64,000 bases of DNA. Origin: Eledone cirrhosa. Its lineage: Eukaryota. Below are positions 26,411 through 39,561 of this stretch, piece by piece. The DNA lies in NCBI GenBank assembly GCA_964016885.1, contig OZ024741.1, positions 311,302,001 through 311,366,000 of the forward strand. Reading direction: 5' to 3'. The notes under the pieces were generated by a model that was not told the origin of the DNA, searched no databases, and saw only the letters and a program-made list of their open reading frames with translations. Made by a program: the position numbers and the translations under genes. Numbering within the stretch: the first letter of the stretch is position 1; each line of letters begins with the position of its first letter.

Positions 26411-26800
26411 ACGGAAAACAAAATTAACAACAAACGAGGAAGAATATATTGAGACAGATGGCACTAAGGAATACTGGTGGAACCTGAAAACAAAAACTGC
26501 CACCAAATTAAAGCACAACCGGTCTGATATTGTTGTTTGGGACCACACATTGAAAGCGTGTTCTGTTGTGGAGATCAGCTGCCCACTTGATGTAAACGTT
26601 GTTAGAAAATTACAGGAGAAGGAGGACATCTACGGACCATTCATGAGGAGTTTACAAATCCAGTATCCAAGATACATATTTAGCTTCATACCCATCATTA
26701 TTGGAGCTACGGGTTATATACCAACCCGCTTGGACCAAAGTATGACTTGACTTGGATTTGCGGACAAAAAGCGCAGCTCCCTAATTCATAGTCTATAGAC
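26411..26800 (+). mobile_element. 5'-truncated R4/Dong-type RLE-domain fragment (different subfamily) directly after (ACAT)n at 26342-26410
   Basis: EYWWNLK...KHNRSDIVVWD...VVEISCPLDVN...FIPIIIGATG, homologous to 4420-4700. Confidence 0.75.
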
Positions 26801-26899
26801 GTTCTGGTGAAAATGAGCCCAGAACGAATAGCTAATATCCCACAACGCGTGGCCTCTGGACGGTCTAACCTATATAAACATTTCAGTGGAGGGCTGTCT

Positions 26900-29800
26900 G
26901 TCCTCAATTAACGAGTCAAATAAAAGGCTCTTCTGCCAACCCCGAACACAACAACACAACCACCACCACCACAACAACAACAACAACCACAACAACACGG
27001 AAAAATAACAACACAAGACACTGTCACACCCAACCCCTCCCCACCTAAAACAAATACAAAGGCAACCACAACAAAACCCCAAAATATACCCATCCCAACA
27101 ACACGGAAGAGGACTCCGTATCAACGTCACCCAGTGACGACGAGGGAAAACCCTCCCAACAGGTGAAAAGGAAAAAAAGAAGGCACCACATTAACAAAAA
27201 TGCAGCAAACACACAACCACCAGCACAAACAGAACAAACATCACAAACAAAAAAGCCCACCCCTCTCAAAAACATAACACATACTACACAACGCAAACAC
27301 GCACAAGAACAACAAACAAAAACAAACACAACACAACAAAAACACTCTACATACATTAACAAGAACAATAACACTTTGATGAAAGCAATAGATAATAAAC
27401 CTCCGGTGGAAACCGAAGGGATCACTTTCACCTACGCAGCGGGCAAACCGCATCTAAAGATGATTAGGGTCCCAATGGATACCTATATAACACTGAAAAA
27501 GAACCACCCAATGTATGTGGGCGCCCCCTGCACCAAACCACTTGACCGCGTCCTATTGAAATGCCCCCTACCCCCGTAGTCACCCACATCCCACCAAACA
27601 CCCCAACCCCAACACACACTGATGTCCTCACCCCACCACAAACCATCACCACACCAAAGAACCCTTCCAACACCCCCATGGAAATTGTGCGGCCTGGTCC
27701 CCAGGAGACGAAGAGGTAAGTAGTTTCCTTTCCTCTTCCTTTTAACTCTTCAGCACCAACATGGCCAATATAAGAGTTGGATGTGTGAATGAACGCGGCC
27801 TGGGGATGTCCTGGAAACAAGGCAAACTCTTAAATGACCTCAGGGCGCACAGAGTGGATGTAATGGCTATTTGCGAGTCCAGGATCAACAGCGAACGCCA
27901 ACTGGCCCCCATCTTCGACGACTTTGAGATCTACGCATCTCTCTGTCATCTGGAGGTGGGGGTGGAGTTGTCGTTCTGCTGCAAAAACACCTGGGTCTTG
28001 CCACACAGAAGGTACACCTGGACCCGGAGGGTCGACTGGTGGTTTTAGACGTCGGCAGTAGTGAAGGTGGAGCCTTCGGACTGGTTGCAGCGTATGTCCC
28101 ATCTGGGACACCGCGACCGGACTTCTTCCGACGCCTAGAGACTTTAATGGGAGTGTCTCGCTCCTTGCTTTTTTGGGGGGACTGGAATGGTATCCTGGAT
28201 GCACGTTGGTACTATGTAGGGGCATGTCCCGATAGAGCGGGGTGTAACAGCCTCAAACGGTTAATCGGCCGATTTGATCTGGCTGATAGATATCGGCTAG
28301 ATTTTCCGACTATGCCACTGTGGACGTGGACTAATCGTAGCGGAACATCTAGGTCGTACCTAGATAGGTTCCTAGTTAGAAATAAGGATAGGTACATATT
28401 AAGCTCTCCACGAATGTTCATGGTTGACTATTCGGATCACAAGTTGAGGACCAGAGTGGTCAACCTTGATAGAAACCATAGACAAGGACCCGGTTACTGG
28501 AAACTAAACTTGTCCTTACAGACAAAGAAAACTTGCAGTAAGCAGATTAGCACTCTAGTTAAGCAGCGGTTGACGGGGGCAATTGTCAACAGCTGGTGGT
28601 GGGGCTCTCTCAAGAGAGAAATTAGGATAGAATCGATAGGTTTTAGTCAGGAATTAGCATCAGATAGGAATAGAACTGGAAGGGAATTGATAAATAGAGT
28701 AGAAGAGGCGATTAGGAGTGGAAACGTGGCCGGCGTGCTGGCGTTAAGAACGTCCCTAGACCAGTTCTTTGACGCGAAGCACGAGGGATGCGTTGTCAGG
28801 AGTAAATACGTGCTCTGGATAACGAGGGAGCCAAAGCTGTTAGCTGGGCCCGAGTGACAGAGGCAAAAAGTGGAAACAACTCTACGATTCGGTCTTTGAA
28901 GGACCAGGATGGACGCGTGATCCTTGAACCTGAGCGGATGTGCGCGGCCTTTCAACGGCGCTTTGCACGGCTGTTCGAGAGGGGCGGCGGGCCCGGTGAG
29001 GACATGGTTTTCGATCCATACCTCGACGGTCTGTCGTGGCTCTCGGACGGTGAGGCGGAGTCCCGCGAAAGGCCGATTTCAGCCGCTGAAATAGGGGAAG
29101 CGCTGAGCCAATGCAGCAAACGCAAATCTCCGGGTCTCGATGGTCTAACATACGAACTTTATGTAGCGATGCTGGACTTGTTCTACGGTCTCCATGAGGC
29201 GGTCTACTGCAACTGCCAACAGAACGGGAGAATTCCCAGTTCTGTGACCAAGGGCGTAGTCACGCTGGTGAGGAAGGACGAGAACAAGGGGGATGACATA
29301 GATAACTTCAAGCCCATAACTCTGTTAAACACAGAGTTAAAGATTTTGGCCAAGGTGTTAGCGAAGAGGTTGGCGCTTGTCGTCGGGAGCCTGGTGGGAG
29401 AAGCGCAGACATGCGCAATCCCGTCCAGGTCCATCCACGACAACCTCCACCTCATGCGATACATCGTAGAGAGGGTCGGGAACTAACCCGGCTTTGGTGG
29501 GGCCCTGATCAACTTGGAACAATCTAAGGCGTCCGATAGTGTTGACCATCGGTACCTTGATGCGGTGCTCGCGGAGACAGGCTTCGGACCCGTTTTCAGG
29601 GGCTGGATTGCTGCAATGCACAGCAGCAACACCTGCTCGAGGATCAAGGTGAACGGCTACCTCTAAGAGCCGTTCCAAATCACGCGATCCATCCAACAGG
29701 GATGCCCTCTCTCCTCCATTCTGTATGTGCTGGCTCTCGAGCCACTACTGCGGAAGTTGGAGCTGTTGCAGGGCATCCACTTCCGACCGGGATTGCGGAA

Positions 29801-30172
29801 AGCGGTTTCGGCCTACGCCGATGACGTGACAGTATTGGTGTCGTGCGCCTCGGAAATCGGGCAGATCGGCACCTTACTCGAGGAATACAAAATGTTTATA
29901 GGAGCCAAGCTGTTTGCAACTCTGAACGTGGAAGGGCAAACTGATGCCCTCCGACGGCGTCGTCGGACGCTGGACGGAAGGACCGGTGAAGCTGCTGGGG
30001 GTCTGGTTCGCACCGGACCTCCAGGTGGAGAAAAACTGGGACGAGGTAACGGGCAGGGTGTTTGCACTCGCCCAGAAGTGGGCCGAGTGCAAACTATCCC
30101 TGAAAGATCGAGCGGAGGTGGCGAACACTTATATAGCGTCCGTCATCTACTACCGCTTGACCGTGGTGCCTT
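26900..30172 (+). mobile_element. Second Tx1/L1-clade LINE (related subfamily): partial ORF1 plus ORF2 from ATG 27761, 3'-truncated
   Basis: MANIRVGCVNERGLGMSWKQGKLLNDLR, GDWNGILD, SYLDR, SDHK, KSPGLDGL, QTCAIP, QGCPLS, AYADD. Stops abruptly at YYRLTVVP. Confidence 0.88.
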
Positions 30173-30578
30173 AGGTCAACGATTATTTATTTCATTCAAA
30201 TTCACCCACAATTATGGAAATAATCGATAAAACTAAATACATGACACTTTACCCCTCTAATAGAATCTGCTTACCTCCCTTTACTCCCCTTCAAATTCGA
30301 TAAAACTACATACATGCTTACAAACTTCCTTTAGGAACACCGGAGAGAGAAGAGAGTGAGAGAGAGGGAGAGAGAGAACGTTTGTTTTTGAGTGTGGAAC
30401 GGTCAAACATTTATTTACTTCAATGACAAAGAGATATTATTACATTTCATACGAAACGACAATTATTCAAAAGCAACAAATACATTTATTCAACAACAAA
30501 AATAGCGATAAATCTTTTTTTAAACCTCTCAACGAACGTGGAAGAAAGAAGTATCAGTTTATTTACTATACACAATAA

Positions 30579-30855
30579 TATCCTCTATAAGGTCACTAAA
30601 CCTGCTAGAAACAGCAGTTAATTCTCCCCCATATCACACTCTCTCTACTGTCTTAAATTTAGGAAACATATCCTCTATGAGGTCACTAAACCTGCTAGAA
30701 ACAGCAGCTAAGTCTCCCCCATATCACACCACACACTACTGTCTTAAATTTAGAAAACATATCCTCTATGAGGTCACTAAACCTGCTAGAAACAGTAGCT
30801 AACACTCCCCCATCTCACACCCCTCCCTTCTGTCTTAAATTTAGAAAACACATAT
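30579..30855 (+). repeat. Tandem array of three ~90-bp units
   Basis: tatcctctat(a/g)aggtcactaaacctgctagaaacag...cccc(c)at(a/c)tcacac...ctgtcttaaatttag(g/a)aaaca, three times. Confidence 0.9.
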
Positions 30856-31108
30856 TAGACAACCATGAAGAACAACTCCATCGCAGCTCTGTTGTTCGGC
30901 TGGTATCGTCTACGCGCGTGTTCCGCAAGTACTGTGAAATAATAAATTTCAACACTTCTTTGCACAGCGATAATATCCATAGGTGAAACTACAATTGTCA
31001 CTTGATTGCTTCGGCAGTCCAGGTCCGCAATTCATTCACCCAGTGCCTGGCAGCCAAAAAAGTGCTGCCATAAAATGGGTGGTGCAACCTAACTTTGGTA
31101 ACTTACTG

Positions 31109-31138
31109 CCCACGAGCAACGCCGGGCTCTAATGCTAG
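31109..31138 (+). mobile_element. Helitron-type 3' terminus (GC-rich hairpin then CTAG|T); start of element not defined
   Basis: gcccacgagcaacgccgggc tctaatg CTAG t; similar to 36577-36605. Confidence 0.65.
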
Positions 31139-31139
31139 T

Positions 31140-34100
31140 TTATTATATTTACACACTTTTAAACTCTCCCGCTTCCTTAACGTTATTTATCTTTTCTTTA
31201 TTTTTTGTTCTCTATTCCGTAGAGAGAGGGGAGATGTGAGAGAGAAAAAGAGAGAGAGGGAGAGTAATATGATGGGAGAGATAGAGGGGGATGTGAGAGA
31301 GAAAAAGAGAGAGAGGCAGAGTAATGGGATGGGAGAGAGGGGAGGGGGAGAGTAGCAAGCGTTCATTAACTTTTATTTATTTATTATTTTTACACATTTC
31401 TTAACTCTCCCAATGTTATGTATCTTTTATTTATTTTTTGTTTGCTATCGTGTAGATAGAAAGAGAGGAGATGAGAAAGAAAAAGGGAGTGAGGCGGATG
31501 AGGAGGGAAAGACAATAAGAAAAGAGAAAAGATGGGAGAGAAAAAAAAGTAAAGAGGCAGGAGAGAGGGAGGGTGATTGAAGGGATTATTTAACTAACGT
31601 GTGTCCGCGTTTATATATATATTTGCACACACACATGTGTGTATTACGGTGGGGTGGGGGCGTTCTTTAGCAGACGATATATGTTACCCTCAAAGCTTAT
31701 TTTTTACATATGTCTAAAATAAATTACACCTAATATACATTCATATAAAGAGATCATTTAAAACATCTTTCTTGAGTTGTTTCTATTTCGGAAACAGTGT
31801 GTAATAATTGTTTCTACTTTTGGCATAAGGCCAGCTATTATTCCAGTACATTACTGGTACTTTATTTTATCGTGTGGTGTGTAATAATATCACTTCAAAT
31901 GCCTAGAAAACGTCCCAGATCATTATATGGAAGGTCATGTTCAGAGGCTAAGAGAAAGTAAACACCACGATCTGAAGAAAGTGAAGAAGTTCGGCATGCC
32001 CGTCTAGCTGCTAACAGAGCCCAAACAGCTTTAGCACGAGCACACCATTTGGATGAAAGGGAACAAAAGACTGCTGCTACACGAGAACAACAAATTAAGG
32101 AACAGCAGCAAATCAGACGAAATGATAATCAAGCTCATATTTCTACTGCCCGAGCAGGAGAACAAGCCACAAGTAAAATAAACTGGCTAATGGGTGCTTT
32201 TTCTTATAACCATTATGAAAATGAACAAATGCTGCCAGTATTGTGATGCCAAGAAGTGGGCAGCAGAACCCCCACCAAGTCTATGCTGCTCAAAAGGCAA
32301 AGTGAGCCTTAAAACAATACAAGAACCTCCTGAATTTATGAAGAATCTGCTCCTTCAGGATACACCAGAAGTACGACACTTCAATAAATACATCGTAAAA
32401 TATAATTCTGCCTTTCAAATGAGATCTTTTGGGGCTGACAGGAATGTCACTGACTTTAGATTCTGTACAACTTTAAAATTCAGGGACAGTGTTACCACTT
32501 AATGTGTGGCCTGCCACTTTCACAGGAACCTCACAAATTTGTGTAGGTTTAGTTCATGGGTGGAAATGAAACACAGGCACAACAAAGATGTACCAATGTC
32601 CATGGTGGATTGCAGTTGTACATAGTCATAAACGGCAGTGGCATGTCTACCTTTATTACTGACAAATGACTCAATGATGGTGGGCTAGATGAGGTCAAAC
32701 GGTATCAAATAGGTTGATACATCTCCAGCAAGGAAGCTATCGGGTGAATCTTTGGATTTGATATCCACGAACACCACCCAAGAGTGGTCAACATCGCAGT
32801 CCATCTTGAACATGGACAGAGAGTGTACTTCACTGAGATCACTGCTCATCAGTTGGCACAAGCATCACATGACACTACACTAACTGCATTCTTTAAACTC
32901 TGCCTGAATGATGAATTTGCTCGATCCCTCCTATATGTTTAAGACCCAACATACTACATCAGGCAATGAATATCAGATTAGCTAACTGTGGAATGCCAGA
33001 GCCAGATGAATAAATGGAGGTAGCACAAGACATTTTTCAGGAGACAAACTATGATATTCAAGCATTACGTAAGTTAGCGCATGAAAATGTACCTCGATTG
33101 ATGGATGACCAGAAATACGCCTACTACAACATCAACGAAAACATTCAAAATTACAGGTGAGGATTTACTTCATCGATGCTCCTGTTGGCACAGGCAAGAC
33201 ATTCCTCATAAACCTCCTGCTTGCAAATGTTTGCCAAAAGCAGCATATTGCCCTTGCTGTGGATTCAAGTGGCATCGCAGAAACACTTCTGGATGGAGGA
33301 AGAACTGCACACTCCATGTTTAAGCTGCCCATAGATCTCACACGGCATGAACAATCTTTTTGCAACATCAAGAACAACTCACCCAAGGGCAAGCTTCTGC
33401 AAACATGCAAGATGATAATTTGGGATGAAGATACTCTGAGCCATAAAGGAGCAATTGAAGCTTTGGACCGGACGATAAGGGATCTGAGAGAAAATAGTTG
33501 CATAATGGGAGGAGTGACAATGGTTCTTGCTGGTGATTTCAGACAAACTCTGCCTGTAATTCTTCGAGGGACTCGTGCTGATCAGGTCAATGCCTGTCTG
33601 AAAACATTCAATCTCTGGCCCCACTTTCAGCTGCTGAGCCTTACAGCCAACATGCAAGTGCACTTAACTAGTGACGAAGGCGTCAGTGAGTTTGCCATCC
33701 AACTACTTAAATTGGGAAATGGACCTCTTGAGAAGGACTCCAATGACCATATTCAGTTGTCATTTGGCCATATCATTGACACAGAACAAGAACTGATTGC
33801 CAGAGTGTTTCCAAACATTCAGACCAGGCAATGTGATCCGAAATGGCTCTGTGAATGAACAATCTTAACACGTAAAAATGTTGCTGTGAAAGAAATCAAC
33901 AGAAGGCTGCTGGAGATGTTACCGGAAGAGAAAGAAAATATGCTACAAATCAGTTGACACAATCACTTCTCAAGACCAGGTTGTAAACTATCCAACTGAA
34001 TTTTTGAACAGTCTTGAACAAGCGAGACTTTCCTCACACAACCTGATACTGAAGCTTGGAGCATCGGTTACGCTACTTCGCAATCTGGATCCTCCAAAAC

Positions 34101-35438
34101 TTTGTAATGGCACAAGACTCATCATCAAAAGTATGATGTCCAATGTTCTAGAAGTTGCAATCATGTTAGGGAAATTTGCTGGTGACAATGGTTTCATTCC
34201 CAGAATACCTCCGAAGCCAACTGATTTGCCATTTGAATTTCAAAGAATTCAGTTTCCAATCAGTTTCAGTTTTACCATGACCATTAATAAATCTCAAGGT
34301 CAATTATTGAAAGTCGTTGGGTTGAATCTGGCAGATCCTGGCTATTCACATGGTCAACACTATGTTGGCACAACAAGGGTTGGGAACCCTGATTGTCTCT
34401 TCATTGTGGCACCACAGGGCAAAACCAAGAATGTTGTTTATCCAGAGGCTTTGGAATGAACAATGTCGTAATACCTCATTCAATGACAATACACACAGAT
34501 CCTAATTCCTTAGTCATGTAGTTTGCAAGGAATTCTGAAGCCGCAAATTTACTGCATGGTGTTACTTTGGAAGAATATGCAGGCATTCCCGGGTACCTCT
34601 GCTATATAAGTGAGGACTTTGTTGGGTAGAAATAGCAGCCAAATTTCCTTCATATCCCACCTTTGTTTGTCAGGTATGTATATATATGTATGAAGCAAAA
34701 AGGAATGGTTCTATGCGATAACTCGGTCTACTAGAAATATTAGCAAAATCCATTTTAAATCACAAAAAACTGTCTTACACACACACATGTGTGTGTATGT
34801 ATCTATGTATGTCATGTGAGCCACTATAACTGTTGGTATAGCAAATATAAATAGAAAACAAATCTCCCTCAAATAAGATACTACTGCCATAGAGTCAAAG
34901 CTACAGTGTACAAATTTAAATACACTTTCCCCGAATTACAGAAATGTGTAAGTAAATGCTTCGTTCAATTATAAACCAATGCTAAATATATTTTCTTATT
35001 TTATTTATGGTTTTTAAAATAGCCTTTACATGTTGTTTGGATTTCTATATGTTGTTTGAATTTCAGAGGTTCAGATTGTCAAAAAAATAAAATAAAATAA
35101 AAAATAAGAAAGAAAAGGATAAATAAAAAAAACAATCTAAACGTATATTTTGGGCCATGCCCTTTTCACTGACAACATGCCTAATGATTCATCAATGTGT
35201 AGAGTATTATATATGCTGAATGTAATAGGTAGCAGTATTCAAAAAGTCACCACTGGAAAAAAACTAATATTTTTATCTAGATGATTTACTTTGACCAAAC
35301 GGCAATAAATATTCTGCTATAATTCCTACTTTGGCTAAATTCAGCAATCATGTTTGAATGGTCAAATATCTTGTAATGTGCGTCAAATATATTGTAACTT
35401 TCATAAGATAACCGGGTATCACCGGGTAACTCAGCTAG
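31140..35438 (+). mobile_element. Helitron copy 1 (canonical RepHel, internally deleted; pseudogene 31899-34459)
   Basis: Zn motif CQYCDAKKW...CCSKG. PIF1 motifs DAPVGTGKT, IIWDE, AGDFRQTLPV, RNLDPPKLCNGTRL, TINKSQGQ. 3' end ccgggtatcaccggg...CTAG at 35435-35438. Confidence 0.9.
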
Positions 35439-36605
35439 TCTATCTAATATATATTTGTGAAATGGGCGGTGGTTGAAATTCAAATGTGCACGGTTAAATG
35501 GTAGTAGACGTGGTCGGACTGACATGAAAATTTACACACCTATGTAAAAAGTGCCAAGGAAGCAAATAGAAGAGGTTTCAAATCTTTATCTTGAAAAATG
35601 TGGTCCCTGGGGCCACAAAACTATCGCGTTCGGTGAGTTATTTCCCCCTGTTCTAATACTTTTGTCTTATTTACAATTTCATAATCATCGACATTGCTAT
35701 TTCGCTGTTATTAAACTATCATCCTTCTACATTTAACGATCATAAAGTACCGTTTTATGAAATCGATTCTGCAGTACGGTCACTGTTTTCCATCAAAATA
35801 AATAAAACCCTTGGCGATACTTGGTTTTAGTGTCCTAAATTATCATCATCGACATTCAATTTTTAGCTCCACCCACTACACGATACGTCACGAAGGTAAA
35901 TGTTTCGAAAAAATTTTAAACTGTATATCGCAACAATATATTGTTTAAAGAAATTTTTTTCTGTTGTTAAAAACTGTAAATCTGTTTTAAAAAAATGTAT
36001 TTCGCAGCAATTTTTTTTCTGTTAAAAAAATGTAAATAAATATTCATGTAAAAATGAAGCATAGTTTTTCTGTGAAAAACTGTAAATAAATATTTATTTT
36101 GTTCAAAAAATAAATAAAAATCTAATTTTCTCTGTTAATATTTTAATAAATATTTATTCTAAAAATTCAATGTTTTTTCGTGTAAAAATGAAGCATGATA
36201 AAATGAACATGTAAAAATCAAGCCGCAGCAGCAGCTGATGACGTGTCGTGACGTTCGTGTAGTAGGTGGAGCTAATAATTGAATGTCGATGATGATAATT
36301 TAGGACACTAAAACCAAGTATCGCCAAACCATTAAATTGTTTTTATTTTCATTCTAATACATGTTAACCACCACTAACAGTAAGTAGTATTTTTCAAATT
36401 GCATATCATCGTCATTGCTATTTCGCTGTTAATAAACAACGCTTTTCACGTCGCTCCACTTCTCATTGTAGGTCGTCCAACCCCAAGTGCATATTTCTAT
36501 TTTTTTTTCCTGAAACTGCTTCTTTATAATAAACTTTCAATAATATTTTTCAAATTATTAACTCAATAAAACGTGGCCCCACGTGCAACCGGGCTCAGCT
36601 GCTAG
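35439..36605 (+). mobile_element. Non-autonomous Helitron, head-to-tail with its neighbours
   Basis: Starts TCtatctaatatata immediately after the previous CTAG. Ends gccccacgtgcaaccgggc...CTAG at 36602-36605. Confidence 0.7.
35811..36327. mobile_element. MITE/foldback-like element with ~82-bp terminal inverted repeats, nested in the non-autonomous Helitron
   Basis: 35811-35893 (ttggcgatacttggttttagtgtcctaaattatcatcatcgacattcaat...) and its reverse complement at 36246-36327. AT-rich interior with aaaactgtaaat sub-repeats. No clear TSD. Confidence 0.75.
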
Positions 36606-37675
36606 TGTATATATAAATGCAAGTTTACGATTGTGTGTGTCCGCCTAAAACTAGCAAACTGCCGGCCCAAACTCCTCAAAATTACATGTACATATTCGCT
36701 ATACACTCGGACATGTAACCATCGAAAAAGATTTACTTTGCAAAGCAAGGAATTCATTTAAATTCAATTTATCTTATTTTCTAATGAATATCAAAAGAGA
36801 TCATCCATTTTGTTTTTTTATGTTCTCCAGTCTATAGATAAGAGAGTGAGGGATGGGAAGAGAGAGAGTAAGGGATTAGAGAGAAAGAGAGAGAATGGCA
36901 GATGGGAGAGAGAGTAAGGCAATCAGAGAGAAAGAGAGTGAGTGAGTGGGAGAGAGAGAGTAAGGGGATGTGAGAGAGAAAGAAAGAGAGTAAGGGATGA
37001 GAGAGAGAGAGAGTAGGAGATGGGCGAGAGCCAGTAAGAGGATGTGAGAGAGAAAGAAAAAGAGCAAGGGGATGAGAGAGAAAGACGATGAAAGAGAGAG
37101 AGGCAAAGTAATCAGCGTTCTTAACTTTTATTTATTTATTATTTTCACACACTTTTTAACTCTCCCGCTTCCTTAACGTTATTTATCTTTTCTTTATTTT
37201 GTGTTCTCTATTCCGTAGACAGAGGAGGGATGTGGAAGAGAAAGAGAGAGAGAGAGAGAGAGTAATGGGATGGGAGAGAGAGAGTGAGGGAGAGTAGCAA
37301 GCGTTCATTAACTTTCATTTATTTTTTATTTTTACACACTTCTTAACTCTCCCAATGTTATTTATCTTTTATATATTTTTGGTTTGCTATTGTGTAGAGG
37401 TTCAGAGAGAGAAAGAAAGAGATGAGAAGAGAAAGGGAAAGGGAGTGAGGCGGATGGGAAAAAAAGACAATAAGAAAAGAGAAAATAGGGGAGAGAAAAA
37501 AAAGTAAAGAGGCAGGAGAGAGGGAGAGGGTATTGGAGGGATCCTTTAACGAACACGTGTCCGCGTTTATATATATATATATACACACACATGTGTGTAT
37601 TATGGATGGGGGGGGGGGCGTTCTTTAGCAGACGATATATGTTACCATCAAATTTATTTTCTACATATGTCTAAA
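36606..37675 (+). mobile_element. Helitron copy 2, 5' part
   Basis: Begins tgtatatataaatg (TC-like start) right after CTAG. 37150-37675 is collinear with 31150-31718 of copy 1. Confidence 0.75.
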
Positions 37676-39123
37676 GAAATCAGATGCTTTTATAGAAGTT
37701 GTATCTGTTAGAACACGAAAAGTGTGAAACAACAGAATGTTCACTTTTCGTGTTCTAACATATATGCCTAGCTTATCTAAAAATTTTTCGGGGATAGCCG
37801 TGGTGGTGGTGATCGTATGTCATTGGCTAATTTTCAACCAATCAGAGTACCTCTCTCTATATCTCTTCCACTGTTACTTACGCCTGTTTCTCTCTATCTG
37901 TTCCGTCTCTATTTATATCTCTTACGCTTTCGCTTTGCACTCCTCCCCTTCAATACCATCTCTCCCCCTCTCTATATATTTGTTACTCTATCGCTGCACG
38001 CTCCTCTCCTTCAATATATCAATTTCACACGCTTTACACTCCTTTATCCCCAGCGCCCCTATATATACACCCCCCCTCTCCCGCATCTATATTTTAATGT
38101 ACCGTTGCACCGTGAATATATGTGTCTATATATATATACATATATATTGTATATACACATTCATGTATGTGTATACACATTCATGTATGTATATACACTG
38201 GTTTTATGTGTGTATTGTAAATTTGTACTGTTAAAACACGAAACTAACATTCGATTGACACTTTGATTACCTGTACAGGCAATAGTTATTAGAATGCTGT
38301 TGAAGTGTGTATATATTTTTGGGGGACATCCTGTATATACACACATTATATATAATACAATAAACAGATAAATACACACATATATATATGAGCTTATTTA
38401 ATTATAAATATTGTGAATTTTTAACTCAGTTCAATTATATATATAAATGGCTTCTACAGGACTAGAACTGTTTCATTCGAAAGAAATCATCATAATATTG
38501 AGAGGGGGGACTAGATAAAATATTTCAAATCAAATGTGTATAAGTTATAAGTTAAAATGTATAAATAGAGACGATAGTGGAGGTATATCTGTTTAGTGGA
38601 ACAGTAGACGATAGAATTAAATACAGACGATAATCTCCCTTTAATGAAACAGCAGACGATAGAATTAAGGCAATTTAAATTTTAAGCATTTGCATTTTTG
38701 CCTTTCATCGTTACGGGGTCGATAAAATAAAGTACCAGTAATACACTGTCACTAGACGACTTTCAAATTGAATTGTTGGTTCCATTTCTTTAGTATTTTC
38801 AATTGTAGTTATCTACTTAAAAAGCGTTACACGGTTAGAGACATAATTCGTAAGTTATATCTTCCCTATTAAACCATTGCATTATTTCGCCTACAATAGA
38901 ACAAAAATGAAATGTTCTTTAAAGAAACAGGAATATAACTTTATAAAAAAAAAAGTTGCATCCGCTTCTTTTATCATTGATAATTTTTTCGTTTTAATAT
39001 TAATTGTTTTTTGTAGTTGTTTATATTAAAAATCTTACTGTAATATTTACTTAAACGAAGGCAAACATCTAAACTTATAGATTAATCTTGAGCGAAGGAC
39101 TAGATAAATCTCTCTCTCTCTCC

Positions 39124-39175
<52 letters not shown>

Positions 39176-39428
39176 GAAGAATGATAAAATTTCAAGCAAA
39201 GAGTTTAATTAGGTATATTTTGTAATATTATTAACTAATTATTATAATTAACGCTTCAGGCTTTGTCTATATACTGAAACAAATTTGTAAGTCATTACCT
39301 AATTAAACTCTTTGCTTGAAAATTTTATCACTCTTCGTTTTGAATTTCTCCTAAGTATTCAATGCTCTGTTGAGAAATACATTTTACATAAACAGTCTTT
39401 GTACCATTTATACGGTATTAATTACTTA

Positions 39429-39501
<73 letters not shown>

Positions 39502-39561
39502 CGTATGAACCGCCAAGTAGCGAGGTATCACTGTATATATGTTTAAATATATAGTGTAGCT

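Noticed and set aside
30579-30855. CRISPR-like array
   Set aside because: Whole units are repeated with no unique spacers, the context is eukaryotic, and there are no cas genes.
37676-37685. Terminal inverted repeats for the 13-kb block (gaaatcagat versus atctgaaatc at 50712-50721)
   Set aside because: Only 8 of 10 positions match, in AT-rich DNA and offset from the end; could be chance.
39521-39535. cgaggtatcactg|ta (and gggggacatcctg|ta at 38321-38335, 9866-9910) as Tc1/mariner/pogo TIR ends
   Set aside because: Only single ends were seen, with no partner TIR or transposase in the window; too little to call as elements.
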